64,000 nucleotides of DNA from an uncultured bacterium. Lineage in GTDB: Bacteria; Krumholzibacteriota; Krumholzibacteriia; LZORAL124-64-63. The position numbers were made by a program, and so were the translations under genes. Within the stretch, counting starts at the first letter, position 1, and every line of letters starts with the position of its first letter. Positions 63,538 to 64,000 of the stretch are shown here, one piece after another. The stretch covers positions 1,024,001 through 1,088,000 of the forward strand of contig CAVSGO010000007.1 of NCBI GenBank assembly GCA_963727525.1. The letters run 5' to 3'. The notes beneath the pieces were generated by a model that saw only the letters and a program-made list of their open reading frames with translations, was not told the origin of the DNA and did no database searches.

Positions 63538-64000
63538 GCGGTCTCCCTCCCGGTACCGGACACCGGTTCGGCCCAGACATCGTAGGGCGTGACGCCGGTG
63601 AAGCGGGCCCGTACCCACTCGCCCGGCTCGTAGCGGCGGTCGCCGGCGGCCAGCACGACGACACCGTCGAGATCGTAACCGAAGTGCTGGCTGCGGCCAA
63701 GGACCACGGCGGGGCGGCCCTGCGTCCGGGCCCCGTCCGCGTTCTCCAGCCAGACACCGTCGGCCAGGGCGCCACGCAGCTCCCGCACCCGGTCCGGCTC
63801 GGGCGACGCATCGTCGACGACGACGTCGTGCACCTCGCCCAGGCGCGCAGCCATGCGGCGACCGGCGATCTCTGCGTGCAGATCGAGGATGCGGGCCTCG
63901 CGGTCAGCCACCTCCTCGTCGGCCACGCGGCCCGGCATGGTGGCCGCCGGCGTGCCGGCCTCCGGAGAATAACGGTACGTGCCGAGGTGGTCAAATTCCA
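63534..64000 (-). CDS. rimO: Ribosomal protein S12 methylthiotransferase, 3' part (truncated by window)
   Basis: FDHLGTYRYSPEAGTPA and C-terminal TRAM-like GRSQHFGYDLDG.V...YD. Confidence 0.75.
   Translation of the reverse strand, partial: EFDHLGTYRYSPEAGTPAATMPGRVADEEVADREARILDLHAEIAGRRMAARLGEVHDVVVDDASPEPDRVRELRGALADGVWLENADGARTQGRPAVVLGRSQHFGYDLDGVVVLAAGDRRYEPGEWVRARFTGVTPYDVWAEPVSGTGRETA

Noticed and set aside
1-64000. CRISPR arrays, REP families, IS elements, rRNA
   Set aside because: No regularly spaced repeats, the intergenic hairpins share no sequence, and no transposase or rRNA signatures were seen

Overview
High-GC core-chromosome window from a diderm (LPS-producing) bacterium. 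A secreted protein with a C-terminal 'PNPFNP' FlgD-Ig/sorting-like domain, a fused LpxC-FabZ, an alternative GlmU-like protein and mcsA-mcsB-clpC inside a bamA/lpx cluster suggest an FCB-affiliated candidate lineage such as Krumholzibacteriota or Latescibacterota (inference only). The right ~38 kb is almost all minus strand: rimO(partial)-hyp-bamD-nadD-polA, coaE-prfB(+1 frameshift)-lysS-lolE-lolD-mcsA-mcsB-clpC, bamA-skp-lpxD-lpxC/fabZ-lpxA-lpxB-DUF374-lpxK, nadB-methyltransferase-bshC-bshB1-bshA, Minf_1886-tolQRAB-pal-cpoB, pruA. The left ~26 kb is more accessory: HU/IHF, a tiny basic bS22-like peptide, PilZ, a secreted arginine/agmatine deiminase, a TetR-RND efflux operon, an orphan PAS kinase, an HDOD protein, prolyl oligopeptidase, an MIO ammonia-lyase, DinB/VOC/DJ-1 genes, a lysozyme-family gene and back-to-back tRNA-Ala/tRNA-Leu. 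I found no CRISPR array, integrase, transposase or rRNA. Best leads: (1) a bacillithiol operon with an embedded methyltransferase (candidate N-methyl-bacillithiol pathway) plus possible bacillithiol-using enzymes; (2) an MIO lyase with a natural Ala-Cys-Gly triad; (3) the McsAB-ClpC arginine-kinase module coupled to outer-membrane biogenesis genes; (4) promoter motifs read directly from the DNA: ECF-type GGAAC-N16-CGTT before tolQ and bamA, sigma28-type before two genes, tandem TetR operators, an SOS-like direct repeat and IHF-like 25-mers. All product calls come from motif recognition by eye; no database search was run.
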